Assembly: GCA_963721765.1 (NCBI GenBank)
Contig: CAVRJP010000001.1
Location: 1,445,145-1,509,144, forward strand
Reading direction: 5' to 3'
Origin: an uncultured Chloroflexia bacterium
GTDB lineage: Bacteria > Chloroflexota > Limnocylindria > Limnocylindrales > CSP1-4
DNA length: 64,000 nt
Position numbers and translations under genes: made by a program
The notes under the pieces: generated by a model
The model's database searches: none
What the model was told of the DNA's origin: nothing
The model's input: only the letters and a program-made list of their open reading frames with translations
Part shown: positions 60,325 to 64,000 of the stretch, one piece after another
Position numbering within the stretch: the stretch's first letter is position 1
How the letters are laid out: every line of letters starts with the position of its first letter

Positions 60325-61692
60325 TCAGGGGCCTGCCAGGTCGGAAATCGGGACTGGGCTGATCGGTGGCCTGACCCGCCATGGACGCCCGATGCCCGCC
60401 GGAGCGTAGCCATGTGTCGCGCGGAGCCACTCGATGAGCAACGGGCTGCACGTGCGACCCTGGCACAGGCCCATGCCGATACGGGTCGCCGCCTTGACCG
60501 CGGCGGGGTCGGCGCCGCTCAGGGCCGCAGCGGTTTCCGCGGACCCGAACGAGACGTCCTCGCAGCGGCACAGGGTCGTTGCGTTCGAGGCGAGCTCCCA
60601 CAGACCGGGTCGTGGCGCGTAGGTGGTGCGGAGCCATTCGGCCGTTCGCCACAGGGTGCGCGCGCGGCGGAGGAGCGGCGTCCGGACCCGCGTGTCCGTG
60701 GCCTCGTCGATCAGGCCGGCGGCACGGGCGACCGTGAGGCCCGCGATCCGGCCCTCGACGTGCGCAACACGAACGCCGCCGATGCCGGTTACCTCCCCTG
60801 CCGCGAAAACGCGGGGGCTCGAGGAGACCATCGTCTCGTCAACGACGACGCGGTAGTCGCTGGAATCCACCTGGTACCCGATCTGCAGGTCGAGGAGCTG
60901 TGCGACGTCGAGGCGGGGCACGAACCCGAATCCCAGGCAGACCGCGTCCGCCTCGACCGTCCGATCGGTTGCGGGGATCGGGCGCCAGTCGCGGTCGAGC
61001 CGCTGGATCCGCGCCCCTTCCACCCGGTCCTGCCCAAGCACCTCGACGACCGCCCAGCCGTACCGAGGTCGAGCACGCCTCAGGGTCAGGCGGGCCATGT
61101 AGCCCGCCGCCTGCCCCAGGAGCTCCGGATCGCGAAAGAGCGCGGGAACGCCACGGACCTGCGCTCCGAATTGCGTGGCTTCCAGCGTCGTCACACGGCA
61201 CCCGAGCCGAACGAGCACATCCGCCACCGACAGGATGAACGGGCCGGCCCCGCTGACCACGATCCGCGACCCGGGCGCGGTGTGGTTCAGCTTCGCGAGC
61301 GTGTGCATCCCGCCCGCCGTCATCACGCCCGGCAGCGTCCAGCCAGGCAGCGCGACCGGCCGGTCGTAGCCGCCCGTCGCGAGCACCAGCCAGTCGTACG
61401 GCAGTGTCTCGAGCCGGCGCTCAGGGTGCCAGGTCGTGATGCTGCTGTCGCGAGCATCCACGACGGTCGTCTCGGCGCGGACGTCGACGGAGCTGTTGGC
61501 CCCTCTCCCGTTGCGGAACCACTCCGGCGATCCGAGATCAGCGGAGCCCTGGCGACCGTGGAAGTACTGCCCGCCGAGACGCGCGCCCTCATCGACCAGC
61601 GTGACGGCACCGCCGTGCCGTGCGGCCTCGGCTGCCGCCGACAGGCCTGCCGGACCGCCGCCGACGACGACGACGCGTGGTGCCCCCGACAC
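60325..61692 (-). CDS. FAD/NAD(P) oxidoreductase with C-terminal BFD-like 2Fe-2S domain (HcnB-like)
   Basis: VGGGPAG, LGGQY, ATGGYDRP..PGWTLPGV, CRCEDV..GMGLCQGRTC. Confidence 0.88.
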   Translation of the reverse strand: MSGAPRVVVVGGGPAGLSAAAEAARHGGAVTLVDEGARLGGQYFHGRQGSADLGSPEWFRNGRGANSSVDVRAETTVVDARDSSITTWHPERRLETLPYDWLVLATGGYDRPVALPGWTLPGVMTAGGMHTLAKLNHTAPGSRIVVSGAGPFILSVADVLVRLGCRVTTLEATQFGAQVRGVPALFRDPELLGQAAGYMARLTLRRARPRYGWAVVEVLGQDRVEGARIQRLDRDWRPIPATDRTVEADAVCLGFGFVPRLDVAQLLDLQIGYQVDSSDYRVVVDETMVSSSPRVFAAGEVTGIGGVRVAHVEGRIAGLTVARAAGLIDEATDTRVRTPLLRRARTLWRTAEWLRTTYAPRPGLWELASNATTLCRCEDVSFGSAETAAALSGADPAAVKAATRIGMGLCQGRTCSPLLIEWLRATHGYAPAGIGRPWRVRPPISPVPISDLAGP

Positions 61693-61697
61693 GTGGA

Positions 61698-61967
61698 CTA
61701 CGACCGGGTCGCGAGAACCTGCAGGCCGGGCGACGCCTCGACCTGGCACGCGCGACGATTCGAGCGTCCGTCGATCGTGACGAGGCAATCGTTGCAGACG
61801 CCGATGCCACAGAACACGCCGCGCGGTTCTCCGGTCAACGACGTGCGAAGGCCCAGGATTCCGGCGCGCATCAGACAGGACGCGACAGTGTCGAATGGCT
61901 GGATCTCGATGGGCCGCTCCTCGAACTGCAGGGTGCCCACGACCTCGATGCCCCGGGTCATGCGCAA
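61698..61967 (-). CDS. small 2Fe-2S subunit (HcnA-like)
   Basis: DTVASCL, PRGVFCGIGVCNDCLV..RAC. Confidence 0.85.
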   Translation of the reverse strand: MRMTRGIEVVGTLQFEERPIEIQPFDTVASCLMRAGILGLRTSLTGEPRGVFCGIGVCNDCLVTIDGRSNRRACQVEASPGLQVLATRS

Positions 61968-61988
61968 GATGTCCGAGAGGATGCGTCG

Positions 61989-63497
61989 CTAGTCACGCGC
62001 CCAGCCGATCGGCTCGTCATCGAGCCCCACCCAGACGCTCTTGATCCGGGTGTACTCCCGGACGGCCTCGAGGCCCTTCTCGCTCCCGATCCCGCTCTGC
62101 TTGAAGCCGCCGGCGGGCGAGCCCGGCGCCCCGGCGTGGATCGTATTGATCCAGATCATGCCGGCCTCGAGGCGCGACGCCGTCCGGTGCGCCCGCGTGA
62201 TGTCGCGCGTCCAGAGCGTCGCGGATAGGCCGTACGCGACATCGTTCGCCTTCGCGATCGCGTCCTCGTCATCCTCGAACGTCGAGACCGTCAAGACCGG
62301 CCCGAAGATCTCCTCGCGGGCGATGCGCATCGATGGTTGCACCTCGGTGAAGACCGTCGGTTCGAGGAAGTAGCCCCCATCGAGACCGGGCAGCTCGGGC
62401 GCCGCGCCCCCGGACGCGAGCCGAGCGCCTTCCTGAACCCCGGCGCTGATGTAGCCCTCGACCCGGGCGAGCTGTTCAGCCGACACGAGTGGGCCGAGCC
62501 GGGTCCGCGGGTCGATCGGGTCGCCGATGACGAGCGCTCGGCCGGCGCGCACCACTCGCTCGACAAACGCTTCCTCGATCGAGCGATCGATGATGACCCG
62601 CGTTCCAGCGGAACAGGTCTGGCCCTGGTTCCGGAATGCCGAATAGAGGCACGCTGCAACTGCCGCGTCGAGATCCCCATCGGCGAATACGATGTTCGCG
62701 CCCTTGCCGCCGAGCTCGAGCGTGAGCGATTTCACGCAATCGGCCGCCGCGCGCATGATCGACCGACCGACATCGGTTGATCCCGTGAATGCGATCTTCG
62801 GCACGTCCGGATGCTCGACGAGTCGCGTCCCGGCCCCCGGCCCGAAGCCCGGCACGACATTGAGCACGCCAGGGGGAAAGCCCGCCTCGACAGCGAGCGC
62901 CCCAAGCTCCAACGCCGAGAGCGGCGTCTGCTCCGCCGGCTTGAGGACCACGACATTGCCGCAAGCCAGGGCCGGTGCGACCTTCAGCACCGCGTTGTAC
63001 AGCGGGTAGTTCCACGGGATGATCGCGCCGACGACGCCGAAGGGCTCGATCGAGGTGTAGTTCAGGAATCCGGGCACTGGGATTTCCGATCCGCGCATCG
63101 TCTGGGCCACGCCGGCGAAGTACCGGAGGAGGCCGATCGCTCCCGGACCGTCGATCGTCCTGCCGTCGCGAATGGGCTTTCCGGCGTCAAGCGCGTCGAG
63201 TCGGACAAACTCCTCGAGCCGGGCCTGGACCAGATCGGCGAGATGCCACAGGAGCTGCGCCCGCCGCGCCCCTGACGCCCTCCCCCACTCGCCGGCCAGG
63301 GCCGCCTGCCCCGAGGCGACAGCGGCATCGACGTCTTCGGGTCCGGCTTCGCTGACCTCCGCGAGGACGGCCCCGGTGGCCGGGTTGAAGCTCGGGAACG
63401 TCCTGCCCGCCTGGCTTGCGGTGAAGGACCCGTCGATGAACAGGCCGCGCCGCGCGGCGCCTGCCGCCTCTGCCACCGCGTGGGTGCCGTCAGGCAT
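61989..63497 (-). CDS. aldehyde dehydrogenase
   Basis: IIPWNYP, KPAE, FTGST, LELGGK, NQGQTCSAG, EEIFGPV. Confidence 0.95.
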   Translation of the reverse strand: MPDGTHAVAEAAGAARRGLFIDGSFTASQAGRTFPSFNPATGAVLAEVSEAGPEDVDAAVASGQAALAGEWGRASGARRAQLLWHLADLVQARLEEFVRLDALDAGKPIRDGRTIDGPGAIGLLRYFAGVAQTMRGSEIPVPGFLNYTSIEPFGVVGAIIPWNYPLYNAVLKVAPALACGNVVVLKPAEQTPLSALELGALAVEAGFPPGVLNVVPGFGPGAGTRLVEHPDVPKIAFTGSTDVGRSIMRAAADCVKSLTLELGGKGANIVFADGDLDAAVAACLYSAFRNQGQTCSAGTRVIIDRSIEEAFVERVVRAGRALVIGDPIDPRTRLGPLVSAEQLARVEGYISAGVQEGARLASGGAAPELPGLDGGYFLEPTVFTEVQPSMRIAREEIFGPVLTVSTFEDDEDAIAKANDVAYGLSATLWTRDITRAHRTASRLEAGMIWINTIHAGAPGSPAGGFKQSGIGSEKGLEAVREYTRIKSVWVGLDDEPIGWARD

Positions 63498-64000
63498 CGG
63501 CTTCGACCATCACGGCAGCTGGCTTCGACACCTCGATACGCTGGAGCTGCCGGCCGAAGATTACCGGGCCATCAAACGTCGATCCCGCGACCTCCAGTGC
63601 TCGCTCGGCGTCCGCCGCGAGCGCGGCCCCCTGGTGGACCAGCACCAGCGTTCCAACCCCGGCCGCCGCGGCCATCTCGGCAGCCCGTCGCGGCCCGGAC
63701 TGGCCGCTGGCGATCCCCTTGCGCTCCATCGCCTCCTCGTGGTCATAGCACTCGGAGACGAGCACGTCGGCCCCCCCGGCGAGCTCGATGACGCTCGCGC
63801 ACGGCTCCGTGTCGCCCGTGAACACGACGCTCCCTGCACTGGAGTCGAAGCGATACGCCAGCGAATCGAGCCATGGCTGCGCATGGACCGCAGGGGCCGC
63901 CGTGACGCGCCAGGCGTCCGTTTCGGTGACCGGACCCGGACCGATGTCGCGAACGTCCACGGACGGCGGGAGGCGGGGTAGTGTGCCACCGCGGGCGACG
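63490..64000 (-). CDS. MBL-fold hydrolase (RNase Z-like), partial at right edge
   Basis: VH..SLAYRF, VFTGDT, ADVLVSEC, LVLVH. Confidence 0.75.
   Translation of the reverse strand, partial: VARGGTLPRLPPSVDVRDIGPGPVTETDAWRVTAAPAVHAQPWLDSLAYRFDSSAGSVVFTGDTEPCASVIELAGGADVLVSECYDHEEAMERKGIASGQSGPRRAAEMAAAAGVGTLVLVHQGAALAADAERALEVAGSTFDGPVIFGRQLQRIEVSKPAAVMVEADA

Overview
High-GC bacterial chromosome segment. Gene content, the T-box, many leaderless-type starts and paralogous ECF sigma/anti-sigma pairs suggest a Chloroflexota/Actinomycetota-like organism (inference). 1-33 kb is mostly housekeeping (tgt, ruvCAB, yebC, EF-G paralog, hisC, tyrS, class A PBP, mutS2, mpg, cvpA, pheST, rplT, rpmI, infC, thrS with a Thr T-box), with a LacI/alpha-glucosidase/sugar ABC block between ruvA and ruvB. 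Many essential genes are split by single frameshifts, most likely assembly indels. The main signal is at 35.5-44.3 kb: an intact tRNA-Val(GAC) on the minus strand is preceded by three more copies of its 5' 41 nt, all breaking at the same base just past the anticodon loop. The first two copies keep the tRNA leader hairpin and -10 box; the third copy's leader sits about 4.1 kb further on. These repeats delimit 1-2.3 kb blocks of unrelated accessory genes and the farthest copy is the most diverged. This looks like a polarized, integron-like cassette array anchored on a tRNA 5' half, with no integrase in the window. A second signal is two mini-arrays of a 19-bp palindrome at a ~72-bp period; one is inserted at the pheS/pheT junction with a 13-bp duplication that preserves translational coupling. 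53.4-64 kb is an amino acid/amine catabolic cluster.
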